A stretch of DNA of 63,110 bases, filler included, from Chiloscyllium plagiosum (Eukaryota): NCBI RefSeq assembly GCF_004010195.1. It is 5 parts of one record of this genome, joined end to end, with 100 filler letters (N's around TTAATTAATTAA, not from the genome) between each part and the next. Parts side by side here need not be neighbours in the genome. Positions count along the whole stretch, not along the records: positions 40,146 to 59,800 come from NC_057716.1; 4 more parts are not named here. One strand, 5' to 3'. The notes beneath the pieces were generated by a model. That model saw only the letters and a list, made by a program, of their open reading frames with translations, did not search any database and had not been told where the DNA came from. Made by a program: the position numbers and the translations under genes. Of this stretch, positions 40,046-50,670 are shown one piece after another. Positions within the stretch are counted from its first letter, which is position 1, and every line of letters starts with the position of its first letter.

Positions 40046-40594
40046 NNNNNNNNNNNNNNNNNNNNNNNNNNNNNNNNNNNNNNNNNNNNTTAATTAATTA
40101 ANNNNNNNNNNNNNNNNNNNNNNNNNNNNNNNNNNNNNNNNNNNNATACAGGAATAAAAAAATTATTTGAATAAAAGTGTCTGTTTCAACAAATAACTGA
40201 CTTTAGTATCTGCAATATTGTGACTCTGATTAAGAATTGAGTTTGAGAGCATTACAGAGAATTAACAGTACAGAATGCAGAATCTAGGCCATTAAGTAGA
40301 GAAAATCATGAATGAGACATTTGACTTAAGACTTTACAACTCAATCCTGCCCACCACATTTAATGTCACGAACAGAGCTCACAAATCCAATTTCTCGAGT
40401 TGTGGGCATTTCTCTTCTTTTCATATGATAATGACAAATATTCTGACTCTGCTGGGTGTCCAGACTGTCACACATTGCCCATTTTTTATTCCCAGCCGCT
40501 GATCTTCCAAAGAAGCAAGTGTTAACTCTAAAGTGTGACAAACTCAGGACTGTTTGACTTGCATTTACAGAATATCTGTTCCTTAATCAGATCT

Positions 40595-41720
40595 TAATCA
40601 CATCATAGAACACCAAGTTATAGTTCAACAGGTTTATTTGGAAGTACAGGCAGTCAATCCTTTATTCAAAATCCTGAAATCTGAAAAGCTCCCAAATCTG
40701 AAGTTCCTTTTGTGAAGTTTTTTCTCATTCACAAAGTTGTTTGGCGTGCAAACAGTTAACCCAACTCCACACCCACTCGACTCACATCAGATGTGACGAT
40801 GGGGGCATGACCCAGCACCCAGCAATTCTGTCTCAGGGCCTGTAATACTCACCAATGAGTCCGCTGTTCGGTACAATTTTTTTAAAAATCACCATTAAAC
40901 TGTCACTTATTCTGAAATGCGAAAACTTCAGAATTTCAAAAACCAACTGTTCCCAAGGGTTCAGATAAAGGATTGTGTACCTGTAGTAGCTTTCGGAGCA
41001 CTGCTCCTTCGTCAGGTAGCTGGTGGGGCAGATTCATAAGACACTGAATTGAGAGCACAAGAGCATAGTGTCATGCAACTGATACAATATATTGAAGAAA
41101 TCTAGATTGTTGTTAAGTCTTTCTTTTAGAATTGGTTGCGGGTTTTGATTCACTAATATGTGAATCCCAGAATTTCTTTCAAGTCATATTCCCGAGATAA
41201 CTTAAGGTTTTATAAAAACAAGTGACATTCCTGCTCAGACAATGCATTAAATGTGTGAGGTGAGAGACTGTATCTATTCCATCCTTGAGTCAGACTGGTT
41301 CTAGTTCCAACGTAGGAATTTATAAAATGTTACATGGATTGACTGCCTGCATTCACTGCCTGCAGATTGTGTGCTTCTTGAGCAAAATAGATTGTATCTA
41401 TAAATACAATTCTGCCAATGCAAATTCAGAACTTGACTTAAATGTCTGTGTGTGTGCATGTGAGGGAGAGGAGTGTGCGTGCGAGCGAGACCATGTGCTT
41501 GGTAGAGTGTGAGTGTGATGGAGTATAAGCCTGTGAGAGGGTGTGCTTGTGAGGGTTGTGTGTGTGTGTGGCTGAGAGAATATGTATGTGAAAGAATCAG
41601 TGTGAGTGTATGAGCATATATGTGTGTGTGAGTGTGTATGGTGTAGTGGAGTCAACTGTAGTGTGACATAAACCCCAGATCCCAGTTGAGGCCATCCTCT
41701 GGGTATCAAATGTGGCTATT
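40595..41720 (-). mobile_element. Penelope-like element 3' end (ORF C-terminus and pLTR)
   Basis: Minus strand IATFDT/EDGLNWDLGFMSHYS*, then a CA-rich UTR and the CCTGACGAAGGAGCAGTGCTCCGAAAGC terminal motif; short inverted copy at ~41721-41905. Confidence 0.8.
40647..40983. mobile_element. Tc1/mariner (Tigger/pogo-type) MITE, 337 bp
   Basis: TA at 40645-46 and 40984-85; imperfect TIRs CAGGCAGTCAATCCTTTATT / CAGGTACACAATCCTTTATC; it splits the pLTR consensus GGAAGTA|.TAGCTTTCGG. Confidence 0.8.
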
Positions 41721-41934
41721 GACCACTCCACCTATACGCACTCCACTAAGCATGCACACACTCACACTCTGTCCCTCTCCCCCACCGCCCCAACACACGC
41801 ACTCTCTCTCTCTCTCTCCTTCCCACATGCATGCACACACACACATATGTCAATGAGGTGAATTTGCATTTGCAGAATTGTATTTGCAGATACATTCTAT
41901 TCTATATTATTGACCAGAGACAAAGTAATTTGTA

Positions 41935-42335
41935 TTTTAACCTCATCCATAAACACACCCTTGGCGAAAGCAAATTCAACAAAATAGTGTGATTCTCATT
42001 GCAGTCTTCTCATTCTAACGCGGCAGAATAAAATACTGAAAGAACCCTTTCAACAACTGAGAGAGCCCTCAAGATTTTCTGCAGCAGCAGAGAGAGAGCT
42101 GTATTGACCAGTTTCAACTCCAAAACACGAAGTTCAACAACAGAAAGCAGAAACTAAAACCCTGGGAGTTCGTGAGCCTAACTCCATCCACTCAGGTGTT
42201 TTTCATGTAAAATTAAAAAATAACAAAGCTATTTAATCTGCTTTCCATGAGCAGACTCCTCACCATTAGTTGACAATAGCTCTCTTCAAGAGAACAGGAC
42301 AAAATAAATCCCTCTTAAAGGCATATTTCCGTCAC
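41935..42335 (-). mobile_element. Probable LTR fragment
   Basis: Minus strand starts TGTGACGGAAATATGCCTTTAAGAG; shares ATAAA(C/T)ACAC.C..GG.GAAA...AATTCAA with solo LTR 26642. Confidence 0.5.
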
Positions 42336-42594
42336 ACTGAAGTCCCATGTGGCCCAGACCATGTTAGAATGAAAGCTTACCTCCTCTGAGGAGATGGGAT
42401 TCTTTTTCCTGACAACTGATAACAGTTTGGTGGTCACCTGTTAAGTATAGATTTGTATAGAATTCACCATCTGCCGTTGTGGATATCGAACCCAGCTCCC
42501 CTTGATCTCTGAAATCATTATCTCATAAGACCAAAACGCCATCATCTCCCCTAATCTTTGACATTGGACTGGATCCACAGCAGCAGTTCCTGAT

Positions 42595-43305
42595 ACCAAG
42601 CTCCAAGAAGGCAGCGGAGTAGGATGTTCCAGCCAGAACTCATCCACTCCACGTGTTCTTCTTTCTCTTTTCCTGCTCTTTTTCTTCCTGGCCGCTGGTG
42701 AGCAATGATTCCTTGCCTGCAGAGATGATTCCCAGCCTTTGGTGACGACTCCTGGCCTCTGGGAAGCGACGATTCTTTGCCTGCAGAGATGATTCCCGGC
42801 CTTTGGTGATGACTCCTGGCCTAGCACAGCAGCCTCCGCTCACGGTCTCCTGGCCTGGCACAACAGATTCCTGGCATGTTGTGGCAGCCTTCTAGCTTCC
42901 CATAGCAGCATTCCGGTGAGGCACGGTATCCTCCTGGCCTGTTGTAGGGGTCTCCCAGCCTAGCACAGCAGCTTTCCAGTGTGGTGTACCATCCTCTATT
43001 CTTGCCGCAGTGACCTCCCAGTGTGGCAACCTCCTGACCTGGTACAGTGGCCTTACAGCACAGTGACCTCCCCGCCTGGTGCAGCAGTCTCCCAGGGTGA
43101 CATGGCAATGTCCTAGTCTAGTGTAGCAGCTTCCTTGCATAGCGGCTTCTTGGCATGGTGTGTCATTGGCGCAGACTGAAAACTAGCTTCCAGCATGGTC
43201 TGCTGTCCTGAATTTTTACTTTTGTATCTCAGTTGGCACTGTAATTGGTGAGGTATAAACTTCTCACTGTACTCATTGAGTTTATGGGACAATAAAGGCT
43301 ATTCT
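42595..43305 (+). mobile_element. Non-autonomous retroposon with internal minisatellite and Rex1/L2-like tail
   Basis: 5' CCAAGAAGGCAGCGGAGTAGG; 64-bp tandem duplication; degenerate ~21-bp CCTGGC repeats; 3' CACTGTACTCATTGAGT...GACAATAAAG. Confidence 0.55.
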
Positions 43306-43629
43306 GTGTTTGGTCTCCTCGAACAAGTTGTGATGCAATTCTGGTGATCTCCACAGAGAGTGCTGGTTAAACCGTGAAGATTCCTAGCCCTAGTGTGTGC
43401 TCCAAATCTGGGAGGGGGACCTCCATTCACAAGGAGAGAGCCTAGGAGAGGGGTTTTGGAGCGTGAGCCTAGACATCAGGCAAGAAGCTTTGCTTAATCC
43501 CACATAAAGTGTCTGATTTCTAAAGATGCAATGAATGATGCTGCATGGATTCAGATTTTATTTATGTGAAGACTATGGTTTACAGGCTTGAATGTGTGGG
43601 GGAATTCCATCACAAATATTGGAAGCTGG

Positions 43630-43900
43630 ATGGCATGGTTGCTCGGTGATTAGCACTGCTGTCTCGTAGCACCAGGAAGACAGTTTCATTCCCAGCCTCT
43701 GGTGACTGTGTGCCATTTATATATTTTCTCTCAGTCTGTTCTGGGTACTCTGGTCTCCTTACACAGTCCAAAAATGTGCAGGGTCGGTGGATTGGCCATG
43801 GGAAACACACGGTTACTGGGATTGGGTAGGCAGCTGTTTGAGTGGGATGCTCTTCAGATAGTTGGTGCAGACCTGTTGGGCTAAAGAGCTTGTTTCCAGA
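43630..43900 (+). mobile_element. Old HE1-like SINE
   Basis: Diverged head, V-domain and tail. Confidence 0.75.
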
Positions 43901-44544
43901 TTAAAAAAAAACTCTTGTATATGATGCTATCTAACCTGGGACATGATGGTTGGATTCACTGCTGAATACCTTCATAATTCAGATTGTCAGTATGTTCAGT
44001 CCTGTGCATGAGGGAGTGACTCAATGTCCAATCTTTCATTTGTCCATATTGTGGAGGGCATCCATTCCTAGATACTGTGGAGTGATTCAATATCTTGCAC
44101 TATCTGTCATATAGTGTGGACATACAATTCTGGAGGCAATCTGAGCTACGGAAACTCCAAAGCTGAATGCAAACATTTTGCAGTCAATGTCCATGTCAGG
44201 TGTCTCCTATTCTTTATTTTCTTGATCCCAGGCGTCTTCTTGGGGATGTTCTGGTCTTATGGGAAACTCCTGCCAGTCACAGTAACCTATAAAGGAGAAG
44301 AAACAACTTCTGCCTTCCCCCAAAAATATTGAGTACATTAATGACTTTCTGGGAGTAATTTGCTAATCATGTGATTCCCTTTGTGTCTCTAAAAGTGCAA
44401 TTGATTCATTTGAGAGGTGTTACTATAGTGGTTCTGATGATAAGACACAGAACAACAAATACGTTTGTGCTAAAATCCATCATGCATAGAGAATATTTGA
44501 TCAGTAACTTTGTCTTTTTTTTTCTCTCTCTCTCTCTCTTATAG

Positions 44545-45296
44545 TCTAACAGCAATTCTATTCTTGTCTGGGGGCAAGTGTGGTCTTTCGACATGCACCA
44601 CTCGTTATCTGGTAACCATGGCAGTGTCTGATCTACTGTACGTTACTTTTGATATCATGCTTCATAAGTTTACTTACTATGATTATCCATGGTGTTTCCT
44701 GGACATCACTCCTGTTTGTAGAGCCATCTATGCCCTGAGCCGCTTGACCGTTGATTGTTCTGTCTGGTTCACTGTCGCTTTTTCTTTTGATCGATTTGTT
44801 GCCATTTGTATTCATCAGATGAAATCTCAGTATTGCACAGAGAAAACTGCAATGAGGGTTCTAGCAACAATCTGCATTTTCCTTTCTTTAAAGAATATTC
44901 CCAACTATTTTCGATTTGAAGCCGGAAGGATCATTAACAATGTTCCATGGTACTGTTACACCACCTACAGATATTATAATGATGCTCATTGGCTGAGTTA
45001 TCGATATATTGAAACATTTTTAACACCACTTCTCCCATTCACTTTTATTCTCTTTCTGAACATCTATTTTATATTTCTTCAATGTTGGTTATTATTTGGA
45101 TGATTTTTATCTCTTCGAACTAATCACATTTATGTTGCGGGACTTAAGTTGCTGCACAAATGCATTTATTTATGTGGTGATGCAGAATAGTTTCAGAGAC
45201 CAGTTAAAGTATGCAGTGAAATATCCCCTTATAAAAATAATTAAATTGATGAATAAATCCACGGAGCTGAGAGTCAACATTGGATGCGGCAGATAA
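44545..45296 (+). pseudogene. GPR139/142-like class A GPCR main exon, disrupted
   Basis: Pyrimidine tract plus TAG acceptor; GKCGLSTCTTRYLVTMAVSDLL (TM2), SVWFTVAFSFDRFVAIC (TM3), YCTEKTA, LTPLLPF (TM5). A frameshifting jump at ~45060 leads to TSILYFF...LSCCTNAFIYVVMQNSFRDQL (TM7 and helix 8); ICL3 and most of TM6 are missing. Confidence 0.9.
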
Positions 45297-46529
45297 AAGA
45301 ACGAGGAGTCCAAGTGAGGGATGGACTGAAAGGAGAAGGAGGAGCAGCGACATGATAACACTCCTTTCCTAATGGGCAAGGAATGACTCCATCTGAGGGG
45401 CAAAGTGAATGAGATTGGAGGTGTAAAGCCAGTGTAAAGTGCTGTTAGCAATCAGCAACAGTTAGTAGGAAGTGGAGCAACAAAAGCCAAACCAAAAAAG
45501 GAATTAAATCTTCTTCCGCACTGAAGTCTCTGATATATACATCTGGAAAAGGTGAAAGAAAAGTTCCTGTTATAAAAACTAAACAATGAGATGTGTAAAC
45601 AGAAAAAAAGTCTGTCTTTTTATTGCAAATATATTTTTAGCGATAATTTACTTTGCCCATTTCCACACTGTCTGCCCTGCTCTGAGACTGATATCACTCC
45701 ATTTCATTATGCATTTCTTTACACAGTCTTTGGGAAAGTCGTTGGGAAACTCCAAGGCCCAATTAGAGGGCTTGGTGGCAGATGTGATCCGAAACTTGGG
45801 AATGGGGGCGGATATGGCAAATGAGGCAACATCTCATCATGAAAACATTTTGTGGCTCTCACTGTCTCCATTTAGCTCACTGTGAACTGACTCTGGATGA
45901 ACCCTGTTTGCTTGTGGCTTCATATTGAAGGGTGTGATAAATTCAAAATGATATTTACATCATCATGAAGAATTGTTTCCATCTGCAAAACAGCTCCTAT
46001 ATCCCTGCCTCAGTTCATATTTGGTGAAACCCGTAATGTATTCCGTTGTTATATCTGGACCTTTGTTACATGCACCATATTGGCTGGAGACCAGATTAGA
46101 AACTCCATACCTTTACTTTGTCCAAGTGTCTTCCGCCATCCTTGCAAATTCCAGCAAATCCCAATATTCCCTGATCATCCAGTGACTGCAAAAACCAACA
46201 CAGGCATATTGTCCTCCAAATTCTCGATTTTATATTCTCACTCGTGTATTCAAAATGTTCCATGTTCTTCCACTGATTTCATTTTTTTTTTTGGATTGTG
46301 AGAGTCTTGTTGCATAAACTCAATATGAAAGTGTTCGATGTTCTGCTATGCTGTAAATGTTACCAGCTGGTGTGATGGCTTAAAAAAAATTACAGGTTTT
46401 GTTGCAGAAAATCAAATGAAATGGCGGATAACAATCCCAGAAACAATAGTAAGTCTGATGATTGGGAGCAATTTAGGATCCTGCAGCACATGACCAAGAG
46501 ACTGGTCGGGGAGGGACAGAATATGAATG

Positions 46530-47450
46530 CAGCCTTCCCTTGAAGCCAAGATGCCACTTACATTCCCAAGCCATTTCTAATCTCGATTATCACCTCCCAA
46601 CAGCACTCACAAACCTATTTGGAGGAATTGTATGGATGTTCATTCCAGTCCTACCAAGACGTAAACTGTCCATCTTGTTGAGTTCTAACCTGCTCCAGAG
46701 CTGGTCCTAATGCCTTGAAACATGCTGCCTGACCTTCTGAACCCGTTTTCCAGACACATATTCAACCATCCAATTATTCTGCTCGGATTCTGATCAACAC
46801 GTGGGACTGGCAGTGATTCTAAGAATACTGTGTTCCACATCCTGCTTTTCAATCTCATTCCTTGCTGCTTCAAATCTGTTATATGGGCTACATCCCTGCA
46901 TTCCCACCGAGGTCTTTGTCACCAACATGGAGCACTACCTCTGTCGTTTGATCCTCCTGCAGCAGCAGAATTTCCTGCAGTTCTGTGATATCCCTGTTGG
47001 AGGGAGGTTATCGCATGCTGAAGGTATGTTTATAGCTGTAGAAACTCCACTCTGTTCCTCTAACTAAAGAGCTCATTATCAGTACTATGTACCCACTGTT
47101 CCTACCTTCCTGACATGACTCTGTCTGCATTCCTCTAATGAATCCTTTCCATCACAAGCTTCCAAAGCAGGAAACTGGTGTGTGATCTTGATCATCTCAG
47201 GGGACCCCTGAGATACCTGATTGTCACTCATTCCTTATTTACCCATACACACTAAACTGTGGTGGAGCCATCTCCATAAATGTATTATCCCCCTAATCCT
47301 CAGCCCCGTGGATGGCCCACAGTTACTCTCATTCTGGAAAACAGAGCTTCAGTTTATGCACACTGTGACATTTCCAGGAGATATGTTTATCTCTGACATA
47401 TCGAACCTCCCAGAATCCCACATTCCACATGCTGACCATTTCCTTGCTCA
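46530..47450 (-). mobile_element. Highly decayed CR1 ORF1 region
   Basis: RLKSRMWNTVFLESLPVPR...WLNMCLENGFR resembles the CR1 esterase C-terminus. Confidence 0.6.
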
Positions 47451-47451
47451 G

Positions 47452-48580
47452 AGACAAAAAAAACTGCAGATGTTGAATTCCAAGGGAAACAAGCAGGAGG
47501 CTGGAAGAACACAGCAAGCCAGGCAGCATCAGGAGGTGGAGAAGGCAATATTTTGGGGGTAACTCTTCTTCAGGACTGGGGGTGGGTTTGTGGGGAGCTG
47601 CAGATAAAGGGGGTCCAAGGGAGACAAGCAGGAGGCTGGAAGAACACAGCAAGCCAGGCAGCATCAGAAGGTGGAGAAGGCAATATTTTGGGGGTAACTC
47701 TTCTTCAGGACTGGGGGTGGGTTTGTGGGGAGCTGCAGATAAAGGGTGTGGCAGGGGCAGGGTGTTGGTGGGGATAGGTGAAGACAGCTCGAGGGTATGA
47801 CCTGGTTGGTCAATGGGAGAAGTGAATCCGGTTGGTGGCTAGGAGGAAGGGTCGATGAGAAGAATGGAAGGGAGGGGGAGGGTCTAGGAAGGGAATCAGG
47901 GGATGGGAAAGGGGGTTATTTGAAATTGTCTCATCTGTAAGGACTGTTTGGGGCACTGGATGGAGGTGAAGGGGGTGGTGTGCTGGTAGATTTTGCATCA
48001 TTGGTGAGACAGAGGTTCACATGCCTCTCCTCCAACCTAATTTACTGTATCCGGTGCTCCCGGTGTGGTCTTTTCTACAACAGGGAGACCAAACATAAAC
48101 TTAGTGAACAGTTTGCTGAGCATCTCGGCCAGGCTCACAGAGGCCAAGCGGACCTCCCAGTCACAGCCCATTTTAATTCCACTTCCCACTTCCTTTCTGA
48201 CATGACCATCCTCGGCCTCCTCCATTGCCACTACAAATTGGAGGAACAACACTTCATCTTCCGCCTGGGCAGCCTGCAGTCCGGAGTACTCAACATTGAG
48301 TTCTCCAATTTCAAACAGCCTCCCTTTCCTTCCCCTGACTCCATTCCCAGCCTTTCCCCTCTCCCCTCTCCCTTCTAGCCACCAACTGTATTCATTCCTC
48401 CCATCGACCAAACAGCTTGACCTATCCCCACCTCACCACCCTGCTCCCCCCACCCTCTTTATCTGCAGTCCCCTTACACCCACCCCCAGTCCTGAAGGAG
48501 GGTTACACCCGAAACATTGCCTTCTCCACCTCCTGATGCTGCCTGGCTTGTTGTGTTCTTCTAGCTTCCTGCTTGTCTAC
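47452..48580. mobile_element. Penelope-like element: GIY-YIG endonuclease fragment (+) with an inverted 3' copy upstream
   Basis: ORF 47980-48378 FTCLSSNLIYCIRCSRCGLFY..ETK...HFN...LEEQHFIFRLGSLQSGVLNIEFSNF. 47452-47925 is the reverse complement of the 3' UTR and contains a ~135-bp tandem duplication. Confidence 0.9.
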
Positions 48581-49252
48581 CATTTCCTTGCAGCAGATCT
48601 TATTTTGTAGTTACTGACCAGTTATAACATGTTAAATGGCTTACCAGTTAGTCCCAAAAATTTCCTTCCTCTGCACTGTATGAGGAACCAAGCACTTGGC
48701 ATTGCTTCTCAATGAAAGCAAATGAAAAGTGGAGAAGAGTATTCTGTTCCCTTTTTCACCCAATCCATCATTCACCAAATTCACTCTCTGTGAGATCACA
48801 GCTTTGAGCTCTGTCAATCTCTTACTGTCCCTACATTGTAACTGCTTCAATGACACAGTGTACAGGCTTCATTTTGCTTCAGAAACATACACTGCTTGAA
48901 ATTTGGAAAGTTGAATGCAGGTGCTTGCCTTGGGAAGGTTGGAGATTTCAAACCAGAAGAGTCTGACACTTTATGCAACCCTGTGTTGTACCTGTCCTGG
49001 GAATGTCTGATAGTGATAGTGCAGGGGTTTTTATTCTGTAACCAGACTATACTCTACCTGATGTAAGATTGCTTTATTGGGAAGTGTTGTATACAATATG
49101 TGTCCCTGCTCAAACCTGTAACAAAGAATACTTAAAAACCTCTCCAATTTCATTGCCATCACCACCCCAACTTGTTTCTGAACACTCACTGCAGATTGAT
49201 TGTTCACTACCTGCACTTCCAAATCACTTGGATGATCTTGATACCTCAATAA

Positions 49253-49455
49253 GGTAAAAATCACATATTACCAGATTTTGGTCCAACAGGTTTATTTGGA
49301 AACACTAGCTTTCAGAGCGCTGCTCCTTCATCAGGTGGTTGAAGGAGTGTCACTCCAAAAGCTAGTGCTTCCAAATAAACCTGTTGGACTATAACCTGGT
49401 GTTGTGTGATTTTTACCTTTGTACATCCCAGTCCAACACTGGCACCTACAAATCT
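49253..49455. mobile_element. Palindromic Penelope pLTR remnant
   Basis: Inverted arms GTCCAACAGGTTTATTTGGAA...TTCCAAATAAACCTGTTGGAC; related copies at 29730-29960 and 32665-32850. Confidence 0.75.
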
Positions 49456-50399
49456 AATTAATAACTTCTTGATTCTCAATTCTCGTCAAAACTTGAGACA
49501 TTTTAATACAACATGATCTGATGGTCAACGTGATATATAACTGGGTATGATCTTTGTGAATTTGTGCAGGATCTCCACCTTTGTAACTCAGCAACATTGC
49601 ACAATTTATGCAAACTTACAATTCAGGGAGTGGCATTGAGGGTGTGGGATACAATCAGAGGATCAATAGTGACAGAGCTCTCTGATTATTGCAGAGTACC
49701 CAGGAATGTGCAGGCTCGGTGGATTAGACATGGGAAATGCTGGGTTACAGGGATATTGCAAGAAGGTGGGTCTGGCTTGATACTTTTCGGAAGGTCAGCA
49801 AGGACCCGATGGGCCGAATGGCCTGCTTCCACACTTTCGGGAGTCTATGGTTCTACAAAGTGCTCAGTTGGGCAGAAAAGTGACAAATCAAACTCAAACT
49901 GAAGAAGGGTGAAGTCATTTGTTTGGGAAGGGAATGTTGAGCCTGTGCAAGAACAGCAAAGCACAACATCGTGGGGCAGTGCAAGATGATTTTTGGGCAG
50001 GCACTGTGTATAATAGACAGAGACAAGCAGAGAAATAGAGACAGCTAGAGAGAGAGAGAGACAGCTAGAGAAAGAGGGAGAAAGAGATAAAGGGTAAAGT
50101 CAGGTACAAGGACGAAGAGACAGATGAAGTCAAACGTTCTTACATCGAGGTCAAGAGAGAGGAAACAAAGATAAGGACAGACAGAAACACAGTGAGAGGA
50201 GGGCGGGCACAGAGAGAGAGAGAGATAGAGACTTACTTGATAAGTCTGTGAGACCATACTCCTGACTTTGGCACAAGCCCCAGGAGATTTGCAGGGTCCA
50301 CAAGGCTGATTCTGGCATTGTCTTTTCTGGTGCCGAGACCATGCCAGGTTATTTATGTGGTTTCATTTCTTCATTGAGACCTTGTTAGCCATTGATACA

Positions 50400-50670
50400 A
50401 CTTGCTATTTCAGAGAGTAGCTAAGAGTCAATTGTGTTGCTGTGAGTGTGGAGCCACATGTAGGCCAGACTAGGTGAGAATGGTAGATTTCCTTTCTTAA
50501 AGGAGATCAGTGAGCCAGATGGATTTTTCTGACAATTAACAATGGTTTAATGGCCATTAGTACATTCTTAATTCCAAATCTTTATTAATGAATTCAGATT
50601 TCACCAGCTGCTGTGATGGGATTTGTACCTGAGTCCCAGAGCATTTGCTGAGGTTCTGGATTAATCTGCA
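50400..50670 (-). mobile_element. Second tRNA-derived SINE family (other copies ~21898-22400, 38110-38300, 42335-42550)
   Basis: Shared GTGGGTCTGGAGTCACATGTAGGCCAGAC...CCAGATGG...GGATTTG/CGAACCC body with a B box on the minus strand. Confidence 0.65.
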
